Source: Octopus vulgaris
Lineage: Eukaryota
Length of the DNA stretch: 64,000 nucleotides
Direction: 5' to 3'
Assembly (NCBI GenBank): GCA_951406725.2
Contig: OX597817.1
Coordinates: forward strand, 19,840,001 to 19,904,000
The translations under genes and the position numbers were made by a program. Shown one piece after another: positions 1-13,792 of the stretch; position 1 is the first letter of the stretch; every line of letters begins with the position of its first letter. The notes below the pieces were generated by a model, which was given only the letters and a program-made list of their open reading frames with translations, was not told where the DNA came from and did no database searches.

Positions 1-2001
1 ACAACAGTGCATCTGAAGTAGGCTCAGCGAGAAAAATTGCCTGGCAATGAGGGACGTTTGAATTAAAAGTATATCTGTGTGATCAATGTTACCCTGCCCT
101 TAAACTTCCCTTAATACCTATCCATCTGGAGGAGGTAACCAATCAGTGTCAAACCCTGGGCAACATAACAAGACAACCCCTCTAAGCACCCCAACAAAAT
201 TGCTTTACTGCATGGATTCACATCTAAAGAAGTCGAACTGCAAAACTACCGAGTGTTCGTAGTTCATTTTTGTTTCTGTGAATATTTCGCACTGATTTAG
301 ATCGGTGGCTGGCACCTAAGGTTCAGTGGCATTCGATTCCATTACGATGACCTTTTTCGTAAATGCAGCCATGACTTTTTCATCCTCTTTGGAAAGAGAT
401 ACCTTTCAAAATTCTACTTTTTGCAGTAATGGTCCGAGAATACATTTAGGAGGGGTAAGAAGGAACACATATGACGGAGCGAACCACTAACCTGAAATCG
501 TTCGAATTGGGATCATTTACCTTGGCCATTGAGCAGATGACCCTGAACATGTAAGCAATAAAACTCCCTGGAGACATTACCGAAACCGACTACCTCCAGG
601 ACAACTTCTTAAGGTGATCGTTGATAGTATCGAAAAATTTCGATTAAAACAGATTGATGAAAATTGTAGCGAGGGTACGATTGTGCCAGGTATAGTATAA
701 TTGGAGCTTGTGGATAATCCGAACCGACATACTTAATTTACATTCTTCAGACCACGATTAGAACGACAAGCGATAATCTTGCTCGAACCTTGGTGAAAAT
801 GTTACAAATATCTCTGCTTTAGTAGAGCTGTCTATTGTAAATTATCAACTATGCTCCTTTGTTTCCGTCTTTCCTCGTCAGTTCCACCACCCAATAACTT
901 ACAGAACTAGGAATAGGCCTGTCCTGCTGCGAGGTTAGTACGTATATCACAGGTCATCATCGATGTAGTTGTGCATGAATATGCTGAGTAGTAAGTCTGA
1001 TCTTCTGAACCTTGTAAAACTAAGCATCAGCTCATGTATCTCAGCTGCTGTTATCAGCTTTCTGCACCTGCAAAGAAAACATTGATAGGTGAGTCTAGTA
1101 CATCGAGCGAGGTAATAAATTCTCCCGCGATCTCTGTTCTATCGCTTACTCTAAACAGTTGAGCAGAGTGCCGCTGAAAATCTACAGGTGCAACTGTAAA
1201 GGAACATTAGATAAATGCAATATGAATTCGAGCAAAATAAACATTATTAAAAATCTTCAAGATAGAAGCAACATAGGATACGAAGATTCTTGAATAAAGG
1301 AAACTTTTTGTGTGTTATGTTAACTCAATAACAAACATTCAAATAGTTTTAAGGTGTATGAAGTAGAATTGCAATTCATTGAGATGAATATATACAATCC
1401 AATAAATGTAGACTTTCTTCATTTGAAAATATAATAAACAATAGGAACTAAAATATAAAAGTAATATGAATGAATCATCGGCATGAGCAATCTATAATAT
1501 CAAAAGGCTGTTTTGGAGCAATTCATTAAATAAGTTTTCCTTTTGAATATATCTGAATATTGATCCAAATATTATTATTTTCTCCTGAAATGATAATCTT
1601 CAATTCCTTCCCTTATCACAATTACATTGTAACAATAAAATTATTGGAAATAAATAATTAAATAAATATAAATATTGAATGAAAAGTTTTTAAAAAAATG
1701 AACTAATATTTTCTCTTCTACTTCAAGGAAGCAATATTAACTTTGTGTTGATAATCTAAATAGGATTGGATTAAATAAACAATTGAATATCAGAAGAGTG
1801 AAATAATCAAACAAGTAATGAATATAGTGGGAAGTAGGCAGCGAAGACTAAAATGAACTAAATTTGGTGATATGGAGTTTAATCGTTTGGTGATAATATA
1901 AATCCTTCGGAAGACACTAGGCGCATAAATTACATAAATATTAAGGTTTTGGAGGTTTAGGGAAACAAGACACGAAAAGTATCGGCTTGCTAAAAAATAT
2001 A

Positions 2002-2251
2002 TTGGGTTGGTGCCTAATTATTGCGCCATTCTTTTAACAAATTTTATTCAACAAGAACAATAACGACACGTAACAAAAACATCTTTAAATAATTATTCCG
2101 GAGCTTTTCACCATCTACTTCAATTACTGCTTCTCATTTGCTTGGTAGACGGTCAGATCATCATTTAAATATGTTTTTGTTAAACATTGTTATTGTTTTT
2201 GTTGAATAAGATTTGTTGAAAAAAGGCCGCAATAATTATGCACCAACACAA
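2002..2251. mobile_element. mariner-derived MITE / internally deleted mariner
   Basis: Imperfect ~90-bp TIRs (ttgggttggtgcctaattattgcg ... cgcaataattatgcaccaacacaa) with TA on both sides. The minus-strand core resembles a mariner C-terminus (LPSK*EAVIEVDG). Confidence 0.8.
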
Positions 2252-4026
2252 TATATTTTGACTTGGGTAGTTTTGCAGTACCTGAAAGAATAAAACATAA
2301 TTGTATCCTTCTCGCGCCGCCTCTAAAATAAATTACAAGAAAGGATCCGCTATCACGCAATTGAAAGGAAATACATCCATTTCAAAGGCCAATAAGTTTA
2401 TTGCTGTCCAAAATGCACGATATAAATATAAAACGAATGAGTGTTATAATATATGAAAATTATTGCGAACAGATAATTCATTTGAATAAATTGCATTCGT
2501 ATATCCACTATCTAAGTTTAAGTCCACTTACATTCATATGTATATTCGTGCGCATACGTCTAAATGTTTTCTTCAAACACAATGCGTTTTTTGGCAATGG
2601 TTTACAATGGAAGACGCCTGGCTGTTGGGCTGCGTAATGAGACTGAACACGAAACCATGTAATTATAAAGTGAACTATTACACGCCTACTCACAAACGCA
2701 CACACACACACGCGCTCACGCATTTATATTTTCATGCATATACATACTCATATATTAAAATATATACATGCTTATACATACGTACGTATGAATCTACATG
2801 AGTCCGTGTGTGTGTGTGTGTGTGTGTGTATGTTTGCATCCTCTCTCTTTTCTCACTTTCTGTAATCATCTTAGCCTAACACCGTTTGAGAAAAGGCAAT
2901 GGTTTGCATCTTTGTACTTTCCCAGTTTGCAAAATAGATAGGTAATTATTGGTGCCAGCTTCGTCGTCTAAATTCCTTAAATATAATGCCAAAATGGCTG
3001 CTGTCCAATGAATGAAACCATAAAAATAATAAAGGAAAAATAATTGAGAAAGAATCCTATATAGAGACGTTCCGATTCGAGGTTCATTTAAGGGATACAT
3101 TTTGACGCTGCTCATTTCAGTACGGAAATAGGAAGATGATTAGCAGTATATATATATATATATATATATATATTCATATTTACTAAAACAGGCATCATAG
3201 AACGTTTCCATAAGAAGAACGTACTTTGACTTAGATGTTGAAAACGGTGAGCGATTTCAAATTTGCATTTGCAAAGAGTTGTGAACTAGATTTCAACAAC
3301 GTATCCTGCTGCTAAAATAGTTTCTAAATAGTTTTCAACCTTAATGCATTCAACATTTACAAAGCTTGATGCACTTTTATACACTCTTGGTCACTCAGCA
3401 GTAATCCACATTATGAGATGTACTACGAGATGTACATGTTGACATGTGTGTGAACAGGCATATATGGAAACAGATTTCAACAACAGCAAATTATTCTGTT
3501 TATACAAACTACATAAATATTTGCTGAAAACACAATATTGTAATGATGTCTAAAAAATGTCATGCTGGTTACCTAAAATAAAATATATACAAAAGATGGG
3601 AATTTTTGCTATTTTCTGTACAGAAATTTGCAATTTGCATTCAATTTGTTTCCTAGTTGAAAATCTACGTATGGTTAAATTACACAAAATTGTATTATTA
3701 AATCGAATTTGTTGAAGGTAAAAAGGCACCAGGCGATTCTATTCTGTCATTCAGAAAAAATCAATTTCATTTACATGAGAAGTAAAACTTTACTGCATAT
3801 AATTTTAGACGTACTCACTTATACACATCTACAAAGAGAGGAATATACATGCGCGAATAGTATTTGCACATTGTAAAACATAGTAAACGTCTAAAGATTT
3901 TTAAGATACCTTCGTGCAGTATCGAAAAGAATATTGTGACACTAAAAAATATATGACAAAAATATGTATAGTGTACACACAGACAAACAGATACATACAC
4001 ACAACCACACACACACACATACACAT

Positions 4027-4075
<49 letters not shown>

Positions 4076-5947
4076 AAGAGAGAATCACACAGACAGGCGC
4101 ACGGGCACACACACACATATATAATTATATATGCGTATTTGTACATATGAGGGTATGTCTCAGCGTGTGACTGAGTGTGTGCGTGTACATATATAGATAC
4201 ACATAAACACACACACATACACACACATACAAACGCATACACACACACTCAAATACACGATGCAATCTGTGTTTGGTGGATAGAGGCAAGAAAACTCTGC
4301 TTTATGTATTACAGACTCTACGATAGATTTAGCCATTGCCGCTTCAAATTTGATAGGCATTATCCTAGTTCATTTCTGAATAAGATTTATAATTTACGTG
4401 TGGCGCTTTCTTTGTGTGAATTAACCAACGATTTGAAAATAGGAGCCCTTGAGCTAACGGTCTAAGTCGTCACATTGCATCCATGTCAATTTTCTGGCAG
4501 CGTGCTCCACATACATAGCAATTTCATGATTAATTCTGGCCTAACTTACACTGTGACACCTCCCTATCATGATACCGAGTATCACGAATTTCTGGTGTCT
4601 GTGTAATGGTACATCTCTTCAGAGTTTCCTTTTATACAGGATGAATCTTAAAGTAACTTTCTAATCACGTGTCTCTATTGTCAAAGCAAACCCAAGAAAT
4701 GACTTAGGGCATAGTCATTGTTCAAATGAAGTGACAAGAAATATTTTAGATATTAGATGGCAACTTAGATCTGCTCACCCCGACAAATACCACTTCAGAA
4801 TGTGAGGAATCTGAACCAGCTGTGAATATAACTTGCACCCGATAGGGTGGTTTGCATTCCAGATGCATTTATTGTTGTCTTCACAAATCAGCATCATGAC
4901 GGACGGCATTCTGCACCTCAACTCACTCTATTAGAGACACTTGAGGTGACATTATATACAGACAGCTGTCAATGCGTGGGTACGTGCGCATAAATTCATG
5001 TATGTATGCATTTATGTATGCATCTATCTATCTACCTATCTATATAGTTGAAAAAATTTAGAGATCTATACAAATCAAAACATTTATTGAATGGCTTTTA
5101 TGTCCATAGCATCAGAACCATACAAACGTGAGCAAATACTAGAGGAACTGAAGGACACGGTTATCCAAAGAGCATGTCCTCCTAAAATAAACACCAACGG
5201 AATAAACAAGGCGAAACAAATGGATATCAATTAACTTAGGAAAGCAAAAACAAAGGAAGGAAAAATATCTTACCATCCCTGACAACCCCTTCAATCCCAG
5301 GAACACCCAAATATTTGATCACATCATCAAATACCTCCCCCATCTTATTTGCAGATGAAAAAAAAAAAACGAGAAAAATATCAGAAAAACAACAAATTAT
5401 CAAAACACTAAAACTCATTCTCACTGGAGCAAAAGTGCACAAAGAAATGCCCAAACCAACAGTAACGAAATAGGAAAGAACATACTGTGGCACTTGGGCA
5501 CTTGCCGTTGCGTAATTGAGGTGTCAGAGTTTAAATTCAAAGATAGCTAAACATTTATAATCAAGTCAAATCACACCTTCAACACGGAAAATCTGATCTA
5601 CGTAATCACATGAAATAGTTGCCAACATAATCACATAGGTCAGCCGGGCGGATCGTTTAGCAACAGAATGACAACCCATCGCCAACAAATCCGAGACAAG
5701 AGAAACAGAGAATGTTCTTACCGAATTTGAAAATATTTCGCTCTACAAGTGCTCAGATACCTTCAAACAACAAAGATTGAACAAGGAAAGACAATTTATC
5801 AACAAGTATAAATCACAATGAATTATAAACCCAACCACAACCAATAAATAATAACAAACACTTAAGAAAAATTTTATACATATTAATCATTCTGAAAAAA
5901 TATACTTCCCATCATTTCCTAAATCTGTTTTAAAATATTCATATATG

Positions 5948-6157
5948 CCGAAAGCGGCAAGTTGGCAGAAACGTTAGCACACCGGACAAAATGCTTAGCG
6001 ATAGTCTTTGTGCTCTGAGTTCAAATTCCGCCGAGGACGACTTTGCCTTTAATCATTTAGGGGTCGATAAATTAAGTACTTGTTGCGTACTGAGGTTGAA
6101 CTAATCGACTGGCCCCCTCCATACAAAATGTCATGCCTTGTGCCTAGAGTAGAAAAT
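5948..6157 (+). mobile_element. SINE family B (tRNA-like head, Nin-like core)
   Basis: gcggcaagttggcagaaacgttagcac...gagttcaaattccgccgagg...ggggtcgataaattaagtac is shared with the copies at 13793-14978 and 53490-53720. Confidence 0.8.
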
Positions 6158-6665
6158 AATATTCATATATGCCAACACATACACATACACACAAACATAT
6201 AAACACACACTAAAAAACTAAACATCACAAAACACACACACAAACACAGACATACACAAAAGAAAACATCGCAAACAACACACCCACACATACACTCACA
6301 CACATACACACAGATGGAAATACTCGAATACATCTAACCCAAAGAAAAATCCTAATTCTCTCTTCTAGAAGACATTCTTTACAACATACACACCCATCAA
6401 CTCACAGCTGGCCATTTTTCAAAATATATTGGCAGGTATTCAACACATACACACTCACACACACGCACAGGTAGACACAAATCCCATTCGATAAATGTGT
6501 TTTACATACTCCCTTGGCGGGAACACACAAGGATTTCTATTAGACACTTGGAAGTCTGTCCCAAACTATATTTGAAGAACACTTCAACGAAAAAGCTCCA
6601 CACATGTTATTGACCGCAAAAAACAAGATAAACTGTATTTACTTCAAATTTTTATAAACTTTTAC

Positions 6666-6705
6666 TGATATTTCATAAGATGAAATTCATCGAAATGGGT
6701 AAGAT
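6666..6705 (+). ncRNA. degraded minimal hammerhead ribozyme motif (U3-A8 type)
   Basis: TTCATAA-GATGAA a TTCATC-GAAA-TGGGTA at the 3' end of the PLE remnant. G5 appears mutated. Confidence 0.45.
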
Positions 6706-6843
6706 TTTCTTCATATAATTTTTAGAACAATTTTATTAAATTCTATCTTAAATTGCAATTTCTTAGACTTACTTCTCTTTCTTCTATTTCCTCCTCCATT
6801 TTTATATTAAAATTTGATTTGTATAGATCTCTAAGCTTTTTTC

Positions 6844-6911
<68 letters not shown>

Positions 6912-6935
6912 GCATATACAGTGAGAAAGAGAGAA

Positions 6936-6976
<41 letters not shown>

Positions 6977-7016
6977 TAGAGAGAGAGAGAGAAATAGATA
7001 TAGATATAGATATACA

Positions 7017-7207
7017 CAAGGGGGTGCTGAAAAGTTCCTGGCATTGAGTAAACTCATTATGAGTTTATTTAACATATTCCTCTCTCACATTCACACATTT
7101 ATTACAACGGTCCTTGGATTCCTCTGAGAACCATGTAAAAAAATCGAAAGGTTAGGCCTTCTACCAGTCATTAGCAATACTCTTATGGCCAGGAACATTT
7201 CAGTAAT

Positions 7208-7213
<6 letters not shown>
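7017..7213. mobile_element. mariner-like MITE
   Basis: TIRs caagggggtgctgaaaagttcctggc ... gccaggaacatttcagtaatccctcg. Confidence 0.75.
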
Positions 7214-7246
<33 letters not shown>

Positions 7247-7480
7247 ATTTCATGCACAAACAAATACACGCATGTATGTAAGTATATATATATATATATA
7301 TATATCACAATCAAGGAACGGCCATAATAGGCCATTCACCCACTAGAAATAACAGCCAAAAGCTTTAACCGCAAAATAACATTAATACCGTAAACCAGGA
7401 GAACATTGAAAAACTTTTACCCTGTAATTTCTTAATTATGATTAATGATTGATTATATATATATATATATATATATATAT

Positions 7481-8010
7481 CTGCAAAATACAGCGTAAAA
7501 AACGTCAGCGTCTGCTTGGAAATGAATAGCACTCATCAGTTCCTATTCCCCAAAGGGCAAAATATGGATTTGTTGCCAGCCTGCGATTTTACCGTGGAAA
7601 CCCATTGAACGGCAATTATTTTTCTCTTTAAGTTTACACCTTTTGTCTCACTTAACAGAAACATTTATAATGTATTGATCTGTAGCTCTATTGCTCTAAT
7701 AAATCAATCTAATTCTCTATGAGCTGCCTTCTTTAATGCAACCAAGTAATTATTTCTCATGCATGTCTCTCCAATTCTTATTTAATTCGTAATTTTCTAG
7801 ACAGGTTGTTACAGGGTTTCGTGCCGGCAACTATGCGTTCAACTTTCACTAATTTGGGCTCTGAGTAGATACTTTTTTCTAAGCTGACTGCTTAAATCCA
7901 CAAGACTTTATATTACGTTTAACACTCACTGCAGTTTGACCTATTCTATTTGAAAATATGTGAGTGGCAGTGAAACACTTTTACACTTGTTCCGTCCATC
8001 ACTTACTCCC
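7481..8010 (-). mobile_element. possible highly degraded PLE 3' remnant with decayed hammerhead
   Basis: Minus-strand CTGATGA-GTGCT...AAGCA near 7510-7540 next to (TA)n. The GAAA is not intact and coding similarity is weak. Confidence 0.3.
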
Positions 8011-10084
8011 ACAGAAACCTAATTACTAACTGGTATTAATGTGTCGCAGTTTGGTCTACTAAAATGTACTTTACTCAAAAAGAATTTTGCCATTGGTCGT
8101 CTGCAGGAGTATAGATGAATTTAGTACAGTTATTAAATTCCTAACTAGATTGGTCTAAATATTGATAATAACTGTCTGATAGATCAGGCCTTATGAGAGA
8201 TTGAAATACAAGTGTGGTATGTAAAATGTCTGTAATATATAGGCACAGAATAATTATTTTCTGTACAGACACCGTTTTGAGAAAGAGGAGTATTCAATGA
8301 CACACCAAGCCCACTGATACTGCTCTGATGAATTCCGATATTATTCGTTTGAATTTTTACAGAGGCACACCAGCGGAATACACATAAACAAGGAAAAGAT
8401 TCCAGAAGGCAGTTGTTATGGAGATGAAATACGGGTATCGTGGCTAGCACGGGTAAATGAATTTGGGCACACTATGGATATGTAAAATAGGGAAACGAAA
8501 TGTAGGCGGATTCCTGAATGGTGAAGCGAATCCAGCCAATACAGCTGCAATATACCAACCGACAATTAATTTCTGTATAAAATGTTCCTTTGAATATCTA
8601 CGTTTGAAGCATTTCTCGCCACTTCATACTATTAGGAATGAATTTAATATGAACCACAACTTGCATAGCTGCTGATGTATATATATCGTTGTACATTGGC
8701 ATATTTTCAAATATTTATATGCAAGGGATAGCGATATCTCTAAGATATATTTCATTTGATAAAGATAATGAATTATTCCCGGAGAATACAAATCTAATGG
8801 AGAAACAGAAGCAAGAGACCGATTTTAGATTCCAGAGTTACACTTTAATATGTCGCATAAATCATGGCCTGTTGATGTTTGATTGGTTAACTTGGGTGTA
8901 AAGTCGCTGCATGTAAAAATCAACGGATGAATAACGTGGACTATGAATATTTCATGTACAAATACACTTGTGTAAATTTATGTGTATTTGTTTTTCATCG
9001 GTTCAAGTTTCTGAGTTAACAGATCGAAGCTAGCTGACTTGGTAAATATTTACAAAACAATAAAGAACAGTCCTGACAATGCAAACATCTTGTAAATGCC
9101 AGTCAGTAAGAATTGCAATGTCTTACAGTGAAACGAATACTACTCGATCTACCACTTACTGCAGTCAGTATACGGCAAGATTCAATGGTGGAGGGGAGGA
9201 TGAGTGTAACTGGCGGAGTGAATAAATACCATTAATATGGTGGTGGATATTATACTTTGCGGTTGGCAGTGCATGAATCACTTTATTTGAGTAACATACG
9301 TTACTCGCATACAATTTCTACATATATCATATATATATATTTACACACAGAAACAGGCACAAATGCATGGACATAAAGTTGTACACTCACAGACACTCAT
9401 ACATACACACATACACATACACACGCATACACACACATATACACATGCATATGCATATATACGAATGCAAACATGCACACACAAGCGCTCATTTATAGAC
9501 GTACGTTCATATACATACATACATACATACATACATACATACATACTCATAATCTTTTTTCAAGCAAAAACTAAAATTGCGCAGGGTTCGCGAGTTTTGA
9601 GTACAAACGTTGTCAAACGAGGGTCATATATAAGTACGTGTATTCATATTCGAGGAGTTTGAAAGGGTATGTTAATTACTGTGTGTGTATGCTTGTTTTT
9701 GTGTAAATATGCGCATAGTTTAATATCTATGAATTATATGTCAATACCAACAAGCTACTGTGAACTGGTTTCTATTTCCCTTATAGGATATTACAAATAA
9801 AATCCAATTATCGCTTAATATAAGTGGGCATGTGAAAACTTTTCTGATATTTGAAATGCTTGTGGCTTTTCTGCAGATGTCCACTAATATATATTCTAAA
9901 TATTGATGGCTAAATTTAAAATATGACCACTTTTGCAAATACTTATACCTCAAATGAAAGAATCACCCTCTCTCTCAGTTATGTATGTATCAACATGTGT
10001 TTGGGCGTATGTGTACATGCACACATTGTCCTCTCTATCTCGCTCTGCATCTATGTATGTATGTATGTGTGTATATACACAAAC

Positions 10085-10144
<60 letters not shown>

Positions 10145-10295
10145 TTGAAAGTCTGTGCAAAATTACGTAATGCAGTTTTTAAGTATAAAGCGTTTTTTTT
10201 AATATCTTTTAAAAAGAGGTGTAAAATCTTGTATCAAGACGTTATTAACATTCTCGGGAAGAGAATATTTACTAGTATATGTGAACGCTTTTCCA

Positions 10296-10367
<72 letters not shown>

Positions 10368-10395
10368 TATATGTGTGTGTATGTGTGTGTGTGTA

Positions 10396-10426
<31 letters not shown>

Positions 10427-10435
10427 GTATATATA

Positions 10436-10669
10436 TTGGAAGGTTTGGAGATGATGTACAGGTATTATATATTAGAAGAAATGAGGTACTCAGAAAATCG
10501 GATGGTTTATATTTACAGATATTTATTTGTATATTACATTTTTTATATATCATATAAAAAATTTAGATCATGATCTAAGTTATATGATATATAAAAAATG
10601 TAATATACAAATAAATATCTGTAAATATAAACCATCCGATTTTCTAAGTACCTCATTTCTTCTAATATA
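10436..10669. repeat. ~200-bp near-perfect DNA palindrome with one-sided extension, embedded in (TA)n
   Basis: Arms 10468-10570 and 10571-10669, centred on ttagatca|tgatctaa. Confidence 0.9.
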
Positions 10670-10672
10670 CGT

Positions 10673-10705
<33 letters not shown>

Positions 10706-11170
10706 CGTATATATATATATATATACATACATGTATGTATGTGTGTATATATATATGTGTGTACATATATATCAAGTAAAAGAAGTATAAAGAAATATAT
10801 GACTTATTGAAGCGAACTCAATTATACGTAACAGCTTATAATACAGTGGGTTATAATTTCTTAATCTGCAAATGTTATAAAACATTTGTGCGATCCAAAC
10901 CCCGAAATATTTCCTTTGCGAAAAGAAAGCTATCAACCAATCAAATTGAAACAAATTTTGACTTTCTGTATATCAATATAAGATGATTTAACCGCACCAA
11001 TAGAGTTACTCTGGGGTCAATAAGATGTATATTTCCATTTCCGCCCGGCAACATTTTATTTTTACTCACACTAAGGGGTTTTAAGTCATATTGTTAACTA
11101 TCATTTTTACACCACTTTCTTTACGGATATTTTTGCTGCTTCTTCCGTTGCTCTTGCCTCCCTTCCTGCT

Positions 11171-11171
11171 G

Positions 11172-11221
<50 letters not shown>

Positions 11222-11250
11222 GCTACTACCACCACCACCACCACCACCAT

Positions 11251-11289
<39 letters not shown>

Positions 11290-11302
11290 ACTACTACTAC
11301 AC
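11171..11302. repeat. (CTA)n/(CCA)n compound microsatellite
   Basis: Read directly from the sequence. Confidence 0.95.
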
Positions 11303-11559
11303 ATAGAGTCAGCAGCAAAGTGGGAACTGCCAAACCCAATACTACAACTACAGAAGGTAGCTCAGAAAAAACAAACAAACAATAACTACGACACCAAACT
11401 CAAGAACACAAGAAATAATAATAACAATGGTAACTAAAATCTGCCAGTCAGAAAGGAACGTAGCCTAGCTAAATACAAAAACAACAACAACATCAACAAC
11501 AATTCAAAAAGTAAAAAAGAAAGAAATGCGATGATGATTACAACAACACTGTTAACGTG

Positions 11560-11836
<277 letters not shown>

Positions 11837-13792
11837 CCTTTAAATGTTACACGTACACCTATGTGATTAAACGAGTTATGGCCATGTTATTGCATAAAGA
11901 TTGATGTAATTATTAGCTAATTATCTTTCACTTCAACAGGTCGCTCTCACTGTCTCTCTCTCATTTTCTCTATCCCTCTCCCTCCTCCTCTAAACCCCTG
12001 TCTCTCCGTATCTGAATGATTTTGATGAATAACAGATATAGACAAAGCAGACGTCATTTGTGTTTAGTGCTGCTTATATTGATTAATGTTGTATCTCAGA
12101 CAAAAATTTGCACAAGTATTGTCAGAAATACCTTCATCTACCTATGTCTATTAGAAATCTGTCTTACAAGAATACTGCACGTCATTACGTTACTTAGTCC
12201 GTCGGTAAGACTTTCATGTGATTAGAGAAAAAGTGGAAGAAAGATAAGGGTGGACAGAAATCAAGGGAGAGAAGCGTACGTGACGTGACGTAGAGGGAAT
12301 GTAATTATAACGCTTTCCAGTGCATTCCAGGGAACAACAGGAGAAAGAAAAAGGTGAGCGAAAAAGAGGATAAGGTGAAGTGTGAAACAAAATGTGTGAG
12401 ACAGAAAAGACGGAAAGAAAAAAGAGTGTCTTTGATGTGTGTAGGGGGAACGTAATATTTAGTACGTGGTTAAAAATGTTACTTGAAGGTAGTGATGATA
12501 GAGAGGAAGGGAATTATAATATAATTTTAGCAGAGGGATGATGTTCTGATCGTGAAGTTAAAGAAACGTAGTGAGAGAGGGGTAGACAGAGCAGGTAGAG
12601 AGAGGGGGAGAGGGAAATGTTGATCGGGTTTTTTTTCATATCACCTATCACTTAATACATGTGCATAAGTGATATTCCATGAAAAATTCAAGCTTCTTTA
12701 CGTGGTAGATATATGCAATCTAACTAAAGGTTGTATATTAAGTACGGGATATTTTTTTCTTTATGGAGAAACCCGAAAAATAAGAGTGAATGTTTATTTT
12801 ATGAGTATTGGGTTTTAGGTCCATAAAAGTGTGCATGAAGTATACCAAGTGCATTAAGTAATCATCGTATTCCAATTTCTTTCACTTTTCAATGAGTAGC
12901 AGATGAGCTTCTATCTTTCAATACAAAAAACAACACAGGCTACGCTTTCAAGTATTAAGATAAAGTTTTCAGAAATAATCTAATAGGTTTACCATTAATT
13001 TTGGGAAATATTTAAAGGTCCCTCTTATATAGTAAGAATAGAGCAACATGCCAGAAGACATTTTAATGTCTATCTAAGCCATGCACAAAAATATTGGTAC
13101 TGTTTACATTTCTTCATTACGAACTTGTCTATCACAGTTTCGTCTAAGAAACTGACCCCCGTCCGTATTTTCTAACCTCTTCTACGTATTTTATTAGAAC
13201 CTTTTGCCGAGTCGCTATGTCTCGAGGACATATTAGAATGATAATGCTGACGGCTGCTGTATGTCGTAATTGAGGTGATCACTTCAAATTCACACCAAAG
13301 TATTTATTGAATTTGAGCTTCGTCATTGAAATATACTTTCTCACCCGAAACACAGAACAACAATATTTTAAAGATCTTTCTTTTTACTATAGTTCTATAT
13401 TTCTACATAAATATGTTACCTAGTCTGTTCACTTCAATGGATATTATGTTCCGGTCATTGAGTAAAATCTTCCTGTAATGTTTCTGCAAGATTCTGTTTA
13501 CTTAGATGTAGACGTAACACAGCGGTAAATACCTGTAAATACACAAAAACATTTAAATGATTTCTATAATGTTTAAAGGAATACAGTTCATTGAAGTATT
13601 TGAGCAACCGTATATATATTTATGTGTGTATGTATGTGTGCGCGTATGCATATCATACGCATTCATGTCTTCGTGTACGTACACACACACTCATACGCAT
13701 AAAAGTACATACATAGGTACATAGATACATACATAGCAACATATATATGAAATAGTCTGGTAAAAGTAATCTTGCAGTATTCTAAGGCAGCA

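Larger units (their letters stand above)
5060..6790 (+). mobile_element. degraded 3' part of a Penelope-like element (RT thumb, Cys linker, GIY-YIG, 3' UTR)
   Basis: Translates to ...LEELKDTVIQRACPPK..NGINKAKQMD, YCGT, and TENLIYVIT*NSCQHNHIGQ, collinear with ORF 38911-40110. Ends in a hammerhead-like motif near 6670-6705 and is interrupted by a SINE. Confidence 0.8.

Noticed and set aside
1-830. Possible decayed LTR-retrotransposon integrase-like sequence
   Set aside because: Only vague motif fragments; it cannot be supported without a translated search.
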